Shown here one piece after another: positions 39,570 to 53,885 of a stretch of 64,000 bases of DNA (position 1 is the stretch's first letter; every line of letters starts with the position of its first letter). The DNA is from Lama guanicoe (taxonomy: Eukaryota): positions 52,611 to 116,610 of the forward strand of contig MU053684.1 in assembly GCA_013239625.1 (NCBI GenBank), read 5' to 3'. The notes below the pieces were generated by a model. That model did no database searches and was not told the origin of the DNA. It was given only the letters and a program-made list of their open reading frames with translations. A program made the position numbers and the translations under genes.

Positions 39570-40490
39570 TTTTTTTTTTGCAGTATATTTGACATAGAAC
39601 ATTATATTAGTTTCAGGTGTACAACGTAATGTTTCAATATTTGTATATGTTGCAAAATTGTGACCACAATAAGTCTGGTTAACATCCCTCAGCACTTATA
39701 GTTACAGAATTTTTTTCTTGTGATGAAAAGTTTTAAGGTCTACTCTTTTAGCATCTTTTAAATATGCAATATAGTGTTATTAACTGTTGCCATGCTGTAC
39801 ATTATATCCTCATGACTCATTTATTTTATAACTAGAAACTTGCACCTTTGACTCCCTTCACCCATTTTGCCCGCTCTCCCATCCCCTGCCCTCCTCTTTT
39901 GGCAATCACCAATTGGCTCTCTGTATCTATGCTCTGTATATTGGGTTTTGAGTTTGTTTGTTTGTTTTTTCAATTCCAATTTAAGTGAGATCACACAGTA
40001 TTTATCTTTCTCCATCTAGCTTATTTCACTTGGCATAATGCTCTCAAGATCTATCCATCTTGTCACAAATGGCAAAATTTCATTCTTTTTTATGCTGATA
40101 ATATTCCATTGTATATTTAAACCACATCTTCTTTATCCATTCATCCATCAATGGACACTTAGGTTGTTTCTACATGTTGAGTGTTGTAAACAATGCTGCA
40201 ATGAACATGGGGGTGCATATATATTTTCAAGTTAGGTTTTTCATTTTCTTCAGATAAATACCCAGAAGTGGAATTGCTGAATCATACAGTAGTTCTATTT
40301 TTAACTTATTGAGGAAGCTCCATACAGTTTTCTATATTGGCTGCACCAATTTACATTCCCATCAGCAGTGCACAAGGGTTCCCTTTTCCCCACATCCTTG
40401 CCAACACTTATTATTATTTCTTGCCTTTTTTATAATAGCCATTCTAACAGGTGTGAGGTAATTGTTGTTTTGATTTGCATTTCCCTGTTT
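39570..40490 (-). mobile_element. LINE-1 3' end
   Basis: Antisense L1 ORF2 end and 3'UTR, with polyT at 39569-39579. Confidence 0.82.
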
Positions 40491-41910
40491 TGATTTCCTT
40501 TTCAACTTTCATCTCTCATGTACTTTAACCTAATAATGTGAAAGGCTTTTGCTTGCTCTGGCTTTTACCAGATCAACTTGTAAAACCATCTGGGAAAAGT
40601 ATTAAAGGAGACTTCAGAGGACATAACAGTTCAAACACACTCATTTTACCCACTCTAGTGAAATGAGTGCCTTCTAAATGCACAGAAGTGATAGTTAAGG
40701 CATTAAAATGGCATAAAACCCAAAGGACAATCTAGGCAACCTGTTTTAAAAAACAAAATGGAAAAAGTTAATTATAGGCAATACAAAGAATTGTACAGTA
40801 AGCAATATAACCATAGCGTAGTACATGCCTTAGCTGTGGAGATAGGTTGGTGTCATGATGATGTAATCACTGAATATATTAACTTAACCAAAAAATTGTG
40901 ACAAAATACACTGGGAGAATTGGAGAAGGAAAAGTGCATTGTGGGGGAAGGGAAAGAGAACATAAGAAATAAAGCCTGGTAAGAAGTCAAAAATTAAGAT
41001 GGAATTTTATAAATCAAGAAATAGCTCTTATAAATATGTTATTTAGAAAAACAGATGTAAAAACACAAGAAAAAAACAACATAAGAATGTTAAAAGTGGT
41101 TCCTTCCAAGGAAAGAAAATGGGAATAAAGGGAGTGGGTCAGGATATTGCTATTTTTTCTTACGTTTATAAAATTATTTGAAGTTTTTAAGAATATATAT
41201 GTATTACTTTCATAAAACTAAATCATAAATGTAAAAATCATATGAATTTTTAATCTACTGTATTTTAAAGGGTTTAAAGTCTAGTATACTCTTAGACCAA
41301 AAACATCTATATATGCATTATATTTCAGTAAAAACAACAGATAAGTTGCTGTCCAAGTATATTTTGATCTTCTACAGTGTCTTGGGGCCTTTATTTCTAA
41401 CCTTCCAAAAGTTTAATATTCATTCCTAGTGCCTCATTCTTCAGAATTCTGGTATATTATTAACATTTTCTTTAAAATATAATCACTTCTAATAAACAAA
41501 ATAACATGGAATAACAATAGTCTGGAAAAGGATTTCTAGAGGCTAACAATATCAACCAACACTTGCCATTCAGAAAACACATGTGTGTAAAAAGGGAAAA
41601 AAATCATAAAGGAGAAAGAAAATTAGGGATATGAAGCAGACTAACAGCAGATGAAGAAAGAAATAATTAGCTCCATCTATTTAATCCCCAACTGTTCTAC
41701 CAAGCTAATGACCATTGAATCCCACAAAGGGGTTATTCAGAATTACTGTGAAATGCCAGTCTCTTACAATGTCAAACATCATTCATTGACAATAAATAAA
41801 TAACCCTTTTTTACGCTTATATTGGAAGAATATTAGAGAAAATATTATTAATCTCAAAATGCAACAGTAATTTTTTAGGGCTAATTCATGTGTATTTTTT
41901 TCTCTTTTAG

Positions 41911-41931
41911 AAACCTGTTCACCTTACAGTA
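41911..41931 (+). CDS. Downstream array micro-exon 5 (21 nt, x-TCSPYS)
   Basis: tttctcttttag|AAACCTGTTCACCTTACAGTA|gtaagt. Confidence 0.72.
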
Positions 41932-43116
41932 GTAAGTTGCTCATTTCTTTCTCGATTTTGGTGTATTTCAGTCTTTCAAAACACAACAGAACCACTCCAC
42001 ACCCTAATCATTTTCTGTTCTGACTCTAAATGACCTGAGACACATGGTTCTCTATTTCCTTTGGTTTTGTAGTATGTAAAATCCTCTCCATTTGTTGAGA
42101 ACATTTAGAAGACAAAAATCCCAACAACCAGCCAAAAGAATAGAATTAATAGAAATGTCTCCAAAGATTGATTGTAATGGGTTACTAATTGAAACTTCCA
42201 AACTAATGAGGAGGGGAAAAAGGAGATGGAAAGCATACTTTAAAATAAGAGAAGAAAAAGAATGAAATAAGAAACCAGGGGCAGAAAATTTTTACATAAG
42301 GCCATTTTTAATAGTCAGTAACTGTCTTCAAAAGCTGAAGGAAAAGGATGGAAGTCTTTTTCCTGGTAGAGGCAAAAATGCCACAGAATCTGTTGTGAAG
42401 GATTTGGTGGCCCTATGAAATAATATAATCAACACATACTACTTCACCATGTTTACATGGGAGAGATTTTTAAATGTGTTTTATTTTAGAAATATCTGTA
42501 GTAACTCCCAATAACTTCCCTTTTTTTTATTGACTTCCTGCAGAATGCTCTGAAAACTGTATGATAGACAAGCATTGTCACACAAAAGATTTAGACCACA
42601 AGTCTCCTCTTTCTCCTGACAGGTTACTAATACATTTAGAAAGTAACAATAGCTCTGACATGAAAAGGGAAATGTTCTGATAAAGCTGAAAGTAGCTCCT
42701 AAACAACAAAAATTAGTATTTCACACATTTCTAAATTCAGTGACAAAGTAAGAATAGAGAGAGAATAAAGAGCTGATGATACAAAAAAATAGTGAGAAGT
42801 AGGGATACAGTAAATATTTTAAGTTTAATTCGCTATGTCTTTTAACTCTGGGCTAAAAATGATCTGAAAAACTGGAAGAGAAGCTACACCCACCCCAGCA
42901 TCCCGCAAGGTCTACCAAACTGAATGTTCATAGACACCAAAGAACTAGAGCTATTCTTAAAGTTAGAGATGCTGCACTCAGTACATTTTCTTACAATTGA
43001 GTAACTTTGAAGATGAGGCACCCCGAATGTGTATGTTTCCCATGCAAAGATTAGATAAGACATGGGTAACTGATCCAGACAATCTAACTTTATTTATTTT
43101 TTTGGCTTACTTTTAG

Positions 43117-43137
43117 GCATATCTTCAGCATCTTTTA
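43117..43137 (+). CDS. Downstream array micro-exon 6 (21 nt, x-ISSASF)
   Basis: ggcttacttttag|GCATATCTTCAGCATCTTTTA|gtaagt. Confidence 0.72.
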
Positions 43138-44011
43138 GTAAGTTTTTTCATTCTCAAATATGGTTTTCTCAGAGTCTTCCAGGGAATTTTTTTCAATTTT
43201 TCTATTTTCATTTCTGGATAGACTCAAATTTAGACTCAGGTATTTTCACCTCTTATATTTTTTCTTACGTTTATAAAATTATTTGAAGTTTTTAAGAATA
43301 TATATGTATTACTTTCATAAAACTAAATCATAAATGTAAAAATCATATGATTTTTAATCTACTGTATTTTAAAGGGTTTAAAGTCTAGTATACTCTTAGA
43401 CCAAAAACATCTATATATGCATTATATTTCAGTAAAAACAACAGATAAGCTGTCCAAGTATATTTTGATCTTCTACAGTGTCTTGGGGCCTTTATTTCTA
43501 ACCTTCCAAAAGTTTAATATTCATTCCTAGTGCCTCATTCTTCAGAATTCTGGTATATTATTAACATTTTCTTTAAAATATAATCACTTCTAATAAACAA
43601 AATAACATGGAATAACAATAGTCTGGAAAAGGATTTCTAGAGGTTAACAATATCAACCAACACTTGCCATTCAGAAAACACATGTGTGTAAAAAGGGAAA
43701 AAAATCATAAAGGAGAAAGAAAATTAGGGATATGAAGCAGACTAACAGCAGATGAAGAAAGAAATAATTAGCTCCATCTATTTAATCCCCAACTGTTCTA
43801 CCAAGCTAATGACCATTGAATCCCACAAAGGGGTTATTCAGAATTACTGTGAAATGCCAGTCTCTTACAATGTCAAACATCATTCATTGACAATAAATAA
43901 ATAACCCTTTTTTATGCTTATATTGGAAGAATATTAGAGAAAATATTATTAATCTCAAAATGCAACAGTAATTTTTTAGGGCTAATTCATGTGTATTTTT
44001 TTCTCTTTTAG

Positions 44012-44032
44012 AAACCTGTTCACCTTACAGTA
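44012..44032 (+). CDS. Downstream array micro-exon 7 (duplicate of exon 5)
   Basis: Identical exon and splice sites in the second 2.1-kb tandem unit. Confidence 0.65.
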
Positions 44033-45214
44033 GTAAGTTGCTCATTTCTTTCTCGATTTTGGTGTATTTCAGTCTTTCAAAACACAACAGAACCACTCCA
44101 CACCCTAATCATTTTCTGTTCTGACTCTAAATGACCTGAGACACATGGTTCTCTATTTCCTTTGGTTTTGTAGTATGTAAAATCCTCTCCATTTGTTGAG
44201 AACATTTAGAAGACAAAAATCCCAACAACCAGCCAAAAGAATAGAATTAATAGAAATGTCTCCAAAGATTGATTGTAATGGGTTACTAATTGAAACTTCC
44301 AAACTAATGAGGAGGGGAAAAAGGAGATGGAAAGCATACTTTAAAATAAGAGAAGAAAAAGAATGAAATAAGAAACCAGGGGCAGAAAATTTTTACATAA
44401 GGCCATTTTTAATAGTCAATAACTGTCTTCAAAAACTGAAGGAAAAGGATGGAAGTCTTTTTCCTGGTAGAGGCAAAAATGCCACAGAATCTGTTGTGAA
44501 GGATTTGGTGGCCCTATGAAATAATATAATCAACACATACTACTTCACCATGTTTACATGGGAGAGATTTTTAAATGTGTTTTATTTTAGAAATATCTGT
44601 AGTAACTCCCAATAACTTCCCTTTTTTTATTGACTTCCTGCAGAATGCTCTGAAAACTGTATGATAGACGAGCATTGTCACACAACACAAAAGATCCACA
44701 AGTCTCCTCTTTCTCCTGACAGGTTACTAATACATTTAGAAAGTAACAATAGCTCTGACATGAAAAGGGAAATGTTCTGATAAAGCTGAAAGTAGCTCCT
44801 AAACAACAAAAATTAGTATTTCACACATTTCTAAATTCAGTGACAAAGTAAGAATAGAGAGAGAATAAAGAGCTGATGATACAAAAAAATAGTGAGAAGT
44901 AGGGATACAGTAAATATTTTAAGTTTAATTCACTATGTCTTTTAACTCTGGGCTAAAAATGATCTGAAAAACTGGAAGAGAAGCTACACCCACCCCAGCA
45001 TCCCTCAAGGTCTACCAAACTGAATGTTCATAGACACCAAAGAACTAGAGCTATTAAAGTTAGAGATGCTGCACTCAGTACATTTTCTTACAATTGAGTA
45101 ACTTTGAAGATGAGGCACCCCTGAATGTGTATGTTTCCCATGCAAAGATTAGATAAGACATGGGTAACTGATCCAGACAATCTAACTTTATTTATTTTTT
45201 TGGCTTACTTTTAG

Positions 45215-45235
45215 GTATATCTTCAGCATCTTTTA
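45215..45235 (+). CDS. Downstream array micro-exon 8 (duplicate of exon 6, one silent C>T)
   Basis: cttttag|GTATATCTTCAGCATCTTTTA|gtaagt. Confidence 0.65.
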
Positions 45236-48200
45236 GTAAGTTTTTTCATTCTCAAATATGGTTTTCTCAGAGTCTTCCAGGGAATTTTTTTGAATTTTTC
45301 TATTTTCATTTCTGGATAGACTCAAATTTAGACTCAGGTATTTTCACCTCTTAATAGGTATTTTCACCTCTTTTAATTTTACATAATCAGAATGTCATTA
45401 GACTGCTTATAAATGTTGAGCAAATGAAGAGAACTTACTAATAAAAAGAATGGAAAGTAAATCAAGAAGGATTAAAACAAAATTCAGGACCCTGGTTAAT
45501 TCAAGAAAGCAAAAAAAAAAAGGAGAAGAAAAGAAAAAGAAATGAAGAGGAAAATACAATCAAGGAAAGCACACAGCTCAGGGCACCTGGATGTTGGGTA
45601 GATGGCTATTATTCTTTAAACTATACACAAACATATCTAAACTCTTATATATGCATGAAATATTTCATAGTGAGGTATTTTTTTAACTCCAGAGACAGGA
45701 AAAGATTAAATCAGCAATCTCATTGGAATGATTATAGTGGTTCATCATCAAAAACAATAAATGTATAAATATGTATGAGGGGCAGTGGGAGTGGAAAGAA
45801 AAACAGAATAAAACAGAGCAAGATGAGAAAGAACAGAAGATAAAGAAAGTAAGATTAAATAAAAGTTAATGTAGTGATGTTCGAATAACATCAGGTAAAC
45901 AGAAATGGTATCCCTAGAAAGACAGGGATGGAAAGAAAGAGATGAAAAGGAAAGGATATGAGTTGAGCACATAAGAGGACTTTACATATATTATTTTTCT
46001 TAAATTCAATATAATTCTATCATTTGCCTTATTTTAGAGGCAAGAAATCATGCATATTGAGTTAAATATGTATTCAAATCCATATAGTTCTTAAGCAAAT
46101 CCAAGGCTGAAATCAAATCAAAGTGGATTTAAAATTCAAACTCAGATAAACAAGTTCATACTGTTACAGCACAGGGAACTATATTCAATGCCTTTTAATA
46201 ACCTATAATGAAAAAGAATATGAAAAGGAAATATGTGTATGTATATGGATGACAGAAACATTATGCTGTACACAAGAAATTGACTCAACATTGTAAACTG
46301 ACTGTACTTCAATTTTTTTAAAAAAAAAAAGGGCAGCAAAGCAGTAAAAAAAAAATTCTAATTCTTCTGCTTTTTTAATATTTCACCTTCACTCACAGCT
46401 CTCAGTCCCATTCCTTTCACAAGTATATACAACTACTGTTTGTCCTTAAATATCCTCCAATACCTAAATAACCTGTAGCATTTATTTACATGTATGTATA
46501 CTTAATTTCATCAGTTAATCTCATTCTTCTCATTTTTTCCTGTTAATAACTCTAAAGATCTATCCATATTGCTGTATGTACATCCCATACTCTGTTTCTA
46601 GTTTTGTGAAGTATTACAGAAACTGTCTCTCATATTTCCATTTTCCTGGTGGTAGCCACATCACTAATGTAATGTAGTTATTGAGATGTATGAGTGGCAC
46701 CTGTAAATCAGTAAGAAAAAGACAAAAAATTCAATAGAGAAGTTTTGTATTATACTTTCAACACTCTAATGTCACAAACATACTGTAATTGGACATCCTG
46801 ATATGTGATCCCTTGAGGACTTGAGTTAGAATTCCTTGAGATATATTTTCAGCAAATAGATATCTGGCATACAGCATAGGCCAGGTAACTTGCATAATTG
46901 CTATACAATTTATATTCCCACCTATAATCCAGGACTGTTGAACCACTTTCCTACCAATATCTTGAATCATGTTGCTTGCAAATTTTGCCAGTCAGATGGA
47001 GGAAGAGTCTATCAATGTTGCTTTCATCTGTACTTCTGTGGTGTCAGTGGATTTGTGCACTTCAACACATACTTGTTAAGCATTGTTTCCTTTTTGTGAG
47101 CTTGAATGCATATCATTGCCACTTTTCTATTAGATTTTTTGTCTTTTTCTTATGGGTTTTCAGGTGCCATTCATACATATCAATTACTGTATTTCAGGTT
47201 TTAGATATTGAAGATATCTCAGTCTGTTGTTTATCTCTGAAATCTGTATATTGTGTGCTTCACTGAATAGAAATCCTAAAATTTTATGTACTCAAATAAC
47301 TCAGTTTTTCACATTATGGTTTGGCTTATGGTGGTTTGAATTTTTACCCAACTTAAACCTCAAAGAGATATTCTTCTACAATTTTTTCCATTACTTTTAT
47401 ATTATTATTTTATATTACTTTTACCTTTCATTTTTTTCTTTAAAGCATCTATCAGTGCCTTCCCATTGTACTCTATCCCTCCTTGTCTCCTATTAAAGAA
47501 ACATTTTTCCTTTACAATCAAGCCATAAAGGCAGAGTTCAACAATTCCCAAAATGTATCAACTCCTCAGAAGGGCTGAGAGAAAAGGGAGTAAGAGTGAT
47601 ACTTCCTCCTCTATGTTCCTAAAGTACCTTGTCCACATGTCTATTAGAGTACTCACTACCCTGATGGAATAATTTATTATGATGGCTGATTCCTTTGGTA
47701 GACTATTCAATTCTTCAAGGGTCAGCTCAGTGTTCCATCTTGAGTTCTATGTCCAGCACCTAACATAATGCCTAGAACATACATATATTCAATACACACC
47801 TGTGGAATAAATGAAAGTATACCATCTCTTCTGAAAAATTTGAAAAGGGGTTGAATTACATGAAAACTCTATAGAGTATAATAAACCTAGATTCCAGGTC
47901 CAGGTCTACCATTAAAGAAAATAAAGGAAATAAGAGCATGATATTATCCAAAAAAAGTTCACAGACTCAGACCAATACTGAGATTATGGTGTCAAATTGA
48001 CCAAAAAATAGTTTTTCAAAGCAAGACTAGATCCTGAGTGCTTGGAGTAGACTGTGGCTCCATTAATTACTAGCTGTGTGACCTTGATAATCTCTGTGCT
48101 CAGAATCTTCATCATGGGGTTGCTGAGGATTAAGTAATATCAATCACATAAAGCTCTTAGATAAGTGCTTGACACATGGTAATTTGCCAATAAAAATGAT

Positions 48201-48302
48201 CTGATATTATTTAGTACTCCAAGATAATCTAAGCCTAAACAATGTTTTTATCAAGCATTTTAGCAAATCACATCACACTTATTTGCTTATGTTTTGTTTT
48301 AG

Positions 48303-48323
48303 GAAGATATTCAGCAACCACAG
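48303..48323 (+). CDS. Downstream array micro-exon 9 (21 nt, x-RYSATT)
   Basis: gttttgttttag|GAAGATATTCAGCAACCACAG|gtaagt. Confidence 0.75.
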
Positions 48324-48675
48324 GTAAGTTTTGCATTCACTAACTAATGCCTTTTACCGTTTAGAATTAGCAGGAACTTTTGCAAACTCTAACTTAAATA
48401 AGTCTAATTTTTCAAATATAAGAGCTCATATTTTCTTTCATCTCCTCTCTTCCTTTCTCAGAAACTTGTTTAGTGTAAAATTTTAATTACATTCATGAAT
48501 GAAAAAGCATCAATATAATCTAACTGTAAAGATAAAGATTTTTTGCTCCTAGCTCATAGTATCAGATATTGGAAGGTTTGGATTTTAACGTTGATGGAGA
48601 TAAGCATGCTATGAAGATCCTTAATCTTCTACCAGTCAAACCACACTAACTTATTAATTTATATTTGCATTTTAG

Positions 48676-48696
48676 GAAATATCGAGGGCATCCTCA
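48676..48696 (+). CDS. Downstream array micro-exon 10 (21 nt, x-NIEGIL)
   Basis: tttgcattttag|GAAATATCGAGGGCATCCTCA|gtaagt. Confidence 0.75.
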
Positions 48697-49430
48697 GTAA
48701 GTTCCATTCCCATTTCTTAATTTGAATGGTTTCTGAACATCAAAGCTTGTGAAGGCTTTTTGCTTAAATCTGATCTTAGTATATCAAGCTTGGCAAATCT
48801 TATTTCTCAGTCCACTTTATTTCCCATTAGTCAGCATTTTGTAGATTACTGACAGTCTACAGGAAATTTTAATTGCATTGATTGATTAAGAGAGAACAAC
48901 AGAAAACTTACAAGTCATTTTTAAAAACATACATTGTAACTGGCATACATGAGGAGAAGAGAATCCAGTTTGGAAAAAGAGAGAGGAGTGATGAAAAAGA
49001 GCACAACATTCTACCACTTTCGCTAAATACTTCAACCTTATCTTTGCACTGGATAAGAATGCGAAAGTATGCTAAAGTCTGTATCTTCATAAGCAGAGAT
49101 CCACCAAAGAGGAAGCACAATGCAACCCACATAATAGGTCAACTCTTTAAATGATAAGAAGCTTTCATTTCTTTTAATTATCTTTCTTGAGCATAATGAT
49201 TTGTACTTTCAAAAATTCTCTAAAATTCTTTTTTGTGAGGTACCCCACTAAAGTGCATGACTGACAATTTTGTTATAACCCAGGAAACATATAAGTAATT
49301 CCTTTATTTTACATCTTTCCATGTCCTAAACATATTTCGATATTTCTTTCCTTTTTAGTTTTGGTTCTTAAAGGAAACTTGATAATCCAGTAGTTAATTG
49401 CCTTCTAAAGTTCATCAGATTTGAATTATC

Positions 49431-49899
49431 GTTTTCCCTACTTCTATTTACAGTTCCTACTGGTAAAAAAAAATTAATATTTATTACTTAACAATTTCTC
49501 CACGGCATACACATTAGACAATTTTGAGGGAAATTAAAATACACTAATTAATAGATGGTATCAATAAGAGAAATGCACTCCTGGCATTAGTTAATTCACA
49601 CAACAGAAAACAACAGAAATAGAAATAGTAACCTCGACTATTATTACAGAAATTAAAATTAAAGTTTTCCCTACTTCTATTTACAGTTCCTACTGGTAAA
49701 AAAAAAAAATTAATATTTATTACTTAACAATTTCTCCATGGCATACACATTAGACGATTTTGAGGGAAATTAAAATACACTAAATAATAGATGGTATCAA
49801 TAAGAGAAATGCACTCCTGGCATTAGTTAATTCACACAACAGAAAACAACAGAAATAGAAATAGTAACCTCGACTATTATTACAGAAATTAAAATTAAA
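49431..49899. repeat. ~233-bp direct tandem duplication
   Basis: gttttccctacttctatttacag...gaaattaaaattaaa occurs at 49431-49663 and 49664-49899. Confidence 0.9.
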
Positions 49900-50415
49900 C
49901 ATGCAATGCCTATCATATATTAGATTAACAAACACAAAACCCAAAGTTGGTATGTTTACAAAGAAATAGATACATTCATAATTCTAGGAGAAGGTGCTAT
50001 CTTATAACAAATCTAGCAAAGAGTACAAACACATAACTCTGAATAGGTGGGTAGAGTATAGCTGATTAACCCAACTTATTATAATTAGGAATGACAATTA
50101 TGAAGATAATTAAGTCTAGCTTCCACAATGTAATAAATGGTAGGAAAAAATTCAAGCTTACATGTACACCATAATCAAAATAGAAATGAATCATGTCTTA
50201 ATAAGCTCTGGAAAGCTTATAGTGTTTTTCCATATTGTGAATTCATAGCAAGAAATGTTTTAATTATTTAATATCAATTGATATTTGACCCTTTCCTTTG
50301 ATCTTTTATTATTGTTCAACCAATTAAATACACAATTCAAAAATTTTATTGAATTATAGTAAGGTAGATCAATTTCTACAGTGGCTGTTTGACACATTAG
50401 AATTGCTCCTTATGA

Positions 50416-52860
50416 AAAAGGAACCCTCCTACACTGTCGGTGGGAATGTAAATTGGTGCAGCCACTATGGAGAACAGTATGGAGGTTACTTAAAGAAACT
50501 AAAAGTAGTTAAAGTGGTCATACTGCCCAAGGCAATCTACAGATTTAATGCAATCCCTATCAAATTACCCAGGACATATTTCACTAGAACAAATCATAAT
50601 AAAATTTATATGGAACCACAAAAGACCTAGAATTGCCAAAGCATTACTGAAGAGAAAGAAAGAGGCTGGAGGAATAACTCTCCCAGACTTCAGACAATAC
50701 TATAGAGCTACAGTCATCAAGACAGCATGGTATTGGTACAAAAACAGACATATGGACTAATGGAATAGAAATGAATCCACAAAATTTTGGTCAACTAATC
50801 TTTGACAAAGGAGGCAAGAATATACAATGGAAGAAAGACAGTCTCTTCAGCAAACGGTGTTAGGAAAACTGGACAACAGCATTTAAATCAATGAAGCTAG
50901 AACACTCCCTTACACCACACACAAACATAAACTCAAAATGGATCAAAGACTTAGACATAAGACAAGATACAATAAACCTCCTAGAAGAAAACATAGACAA
51001 AACATTATCTCGCATACATGTCATAAATCTTTTCCTAGGGCAGTCTACCCAAGCAATAGAAATAAAAGCAAGAATAAACAAATGGGACCTCATTAACCTT
51101 ACAAGCTTCTGCACAGCAAAGGAAACCATAAATAAAACAAAAAGACAAACTACAGAATGGGAGAACATTTTTGCAAAAGATGAAACTGACAAAGGCTTGA
51201 TCTCCAGAATATATAAGCAGCTCATATGACTTCATAAGACAGACAACCCCATACAAAAATGAGCAAAAGACCTAAACAAGCAATTTTCCAAGGAAGAAAT
51301 ACAAATGATCAATAGGCACATGAAAAAATGCTCAGTATCACTAATTATCAGAGAAATGCAAAGCAAGACTACAATGAAGTATCACCTCACACCAGTCAGA
51401 ATCGCCATTATTCAAAAGTCCACAAGTGACAAATGCTGGAGAGGCTGTGGAGAAAACCTCCTACACTGCTGGTGGAAATGCAGTTTGGTGTAGCCACTGT
51501 GGAAAACAGTATGGAAATTACTCAAAAGACTAGGAATAGACTTACCTAGGACCCAGGAATCCCGCTCCTGGGCATATATTCAGAAGAAACTCTACTTCAA
51601 AATGACACCTGCACCCAAATGTTCATAGCAGCACTATTTACAATAGCCAAAACATGGAAACAGCCTAAATGTCCATCAACAGATGAGTGGATAAAGAAGC
51701 GGTGGTATATTTATACAATGGAATATTATTCAGCCATAAAAAACAACAACATAATGCCATTTGCAGCAACATGGATGCTCCTGGAGAATGTCATTCTAAG
51801 TGAAGTAAGCCAGAAAGAGAGAGAAAAATACCATATGAGATTGCTCATATGTGGAATCTAAAAAAAAAGGACATAAACACAAAACAGAAACAGACTCACA
51901 GACATAGAATACAAACTTGTGGTTGCCAAGGGGGCAGGGGTGGGAAGGGACAGATTGGGAGTTTGAAATTTGTAGATACTGACAGGCATATGTAGAATAG
52001 ATAAACAAGATTACTCTGTATAGCACAGTGAAATATATACAAGATCTTGTGGTAGCTCACAGCAAAAAAGAATCTGACAATGAATATATGTATGTTCATG
52101 TATAACTGAAAACTGTGCTCTATACTGGAAATTGACACAACATTGTAAACTGACTATAACTCAATAAAAAAAAGTTAAATAAATAAATAAATAAATAAAA
52201 ACTAAAAATAGAGTTGCCATATGATCCAGCAATCCCACTCCTGGGCATATATCCAGAGAAAAGTACATGTGCCCCAATATTTATAGCAGCACTATTTACA
52301 ATAGCCAAGACATGAAAGAAACCTAAATGTCCATATGAATGGATAAAGAAGATATGGTGTGTGTGTGTATATACATGAATATTATTCAGCCATAAAAAAG
52401 GAATGAAATAATGCCATTTGCAGCAACATAGATGGACCATACTAAGTGAAGAAAGTCAGACAAAGAAAGACAAATATCATATGCTACCATTTATATGTAG
52501 AATCTTTAAAAAATGACACAAATGAACTCATTTACAAAACAGAAATAGACTCACAGACATAGAAAACAAACTTATGGTTACCAAAGGGAAAGGGGTGGGA
52601 GGGAGGGATAAAATTAGGAGTTTGGGATTATATACACTACTATATAAAAAACAGATAACCAGCAAGGGCCTACTGTATAGCACAGAAAACTAAATTCAAT
52701 ATCTTGTAATAACCTATAATGGAAAAGAATCTGAAAAAAAAGATATCTATATACACACACATATATAGGTATGTATAACTGAATCACTTTGCTATACACC
52801 TGAAATGGACACACTGTAAATCAACTATACGTCAATAAAAAAATAAAATTTTAAAAAAGA
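50416..52860 (+). mobile_element. Younger 5'-truncated LINE-1 (~50509-52200) nested in an older L1 3' fragment
   Basis: ORFs 50548, 50891, 51305 and 51619 encode L1 ORF2 segments ([28 protein letters not shown]); target duplication aaactaaaa(g/a)tag at ~50497 and ~52199. Confidence 0.9.
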
Positions 52861-52904
52861 AAGATTTGCTCCTTCTTAGATTTCCATGTTCTACTATATC
52901 CTTT

Positions 52905-53885
52905 CCTTTTTTATTGATATGATTTCTTTGTAAGTATTTGCTTTTGTTTAATTTTTTACAAACAAAAAGCTATACATAATTAATGTATAACCTTGATGAG
53001 TTCAGAGATAAGTGTGCATCCATGAAACCATCACCACAATCTGTACTATAAACTTCCAAAAGTTTCATCTCTCTTGTTTTTTTGGTAATAAGAACACTTA
53101 ACATAAGACTTACCCTCTTAGCAAATTTTTAAGTATCAATACAATATTTGTTGATTATAGGCACTATGCTGCACAGACCACCAGAAGTTACTCATCCTGT
53201 ATAACTAAAACTTCATACCCTTTAACTAATAACTCTCCACCTCCCCATCGCCCAACCCCTGTCAATCACTTCTATGAGTCTATTTTAGATTCCATATCTA
53301 AGATCATGTAGTATTTGTCCTCGGTTTCTGATTTACTTCACTTAGCATAATGTCCTCCCAGTTCATCTGTCTTGTCACAAATGGAAGGATTCCTTTCTCC
53401 TAAAGACCAATATATATTCCATTGTATGTATATTCCACATTTTCTTTATCCATTCATCAATGGACATTTAGACTGCTTCCAAGTGTTGTGAGTAATGCTG
53501 CAAAGAACATGGGCGTAAAGATATCTCTTTCAGATCCTGATTTCAATTCCTTCTGATATATACCCAGAACTAAGATTGCTGGATCATATGGTGATTCTGT
53601 TTTTAGTTTCTTGATGAAACTCCATATCATTTTCCATAGTGGTTGCACCGATTTATATTCCTACCAACAATGTACAAAGTTCCCTTTTCTCCACATCCTC
53701 CTCAACATTTTTTGTCCTTTTAGGGTTTTTTGATAATAGCCATCCAACAAATATGAAGTGGTATCTCATTGTTGTTGTTTTGATGTGCATTTCCCTGAGC
53801 ATTAGTGATATTGAACACTTTTCATTATATCTATTGGCCATTTGTATGTCTTCTTTTGAGAAATGTCTACTCAGGTTCTTTGTCC
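52905..53885 (-). mobile_element. LINE-1 3' end
   Basis: Minus-strand ORFs 53457 and 53653 resemble the L1 ORF2 C-terminus. Confidence 0.82.

Larger units (their letters stand above)
41151..45353. repeat. Direct tandem duplication of ~2.1 kb (41151-43255 and 43256-45353)
   Basis: Near-identical copies differing by scattered substitutions and small indels; no gap at the junction. Confidence 0.93.

Noticed and set aside
50349..51861. Cluster of reverse-transcriptase-related ORFs as a novel gene
   Set aside because: Frameshifted LINE-1 ORF2 fragments
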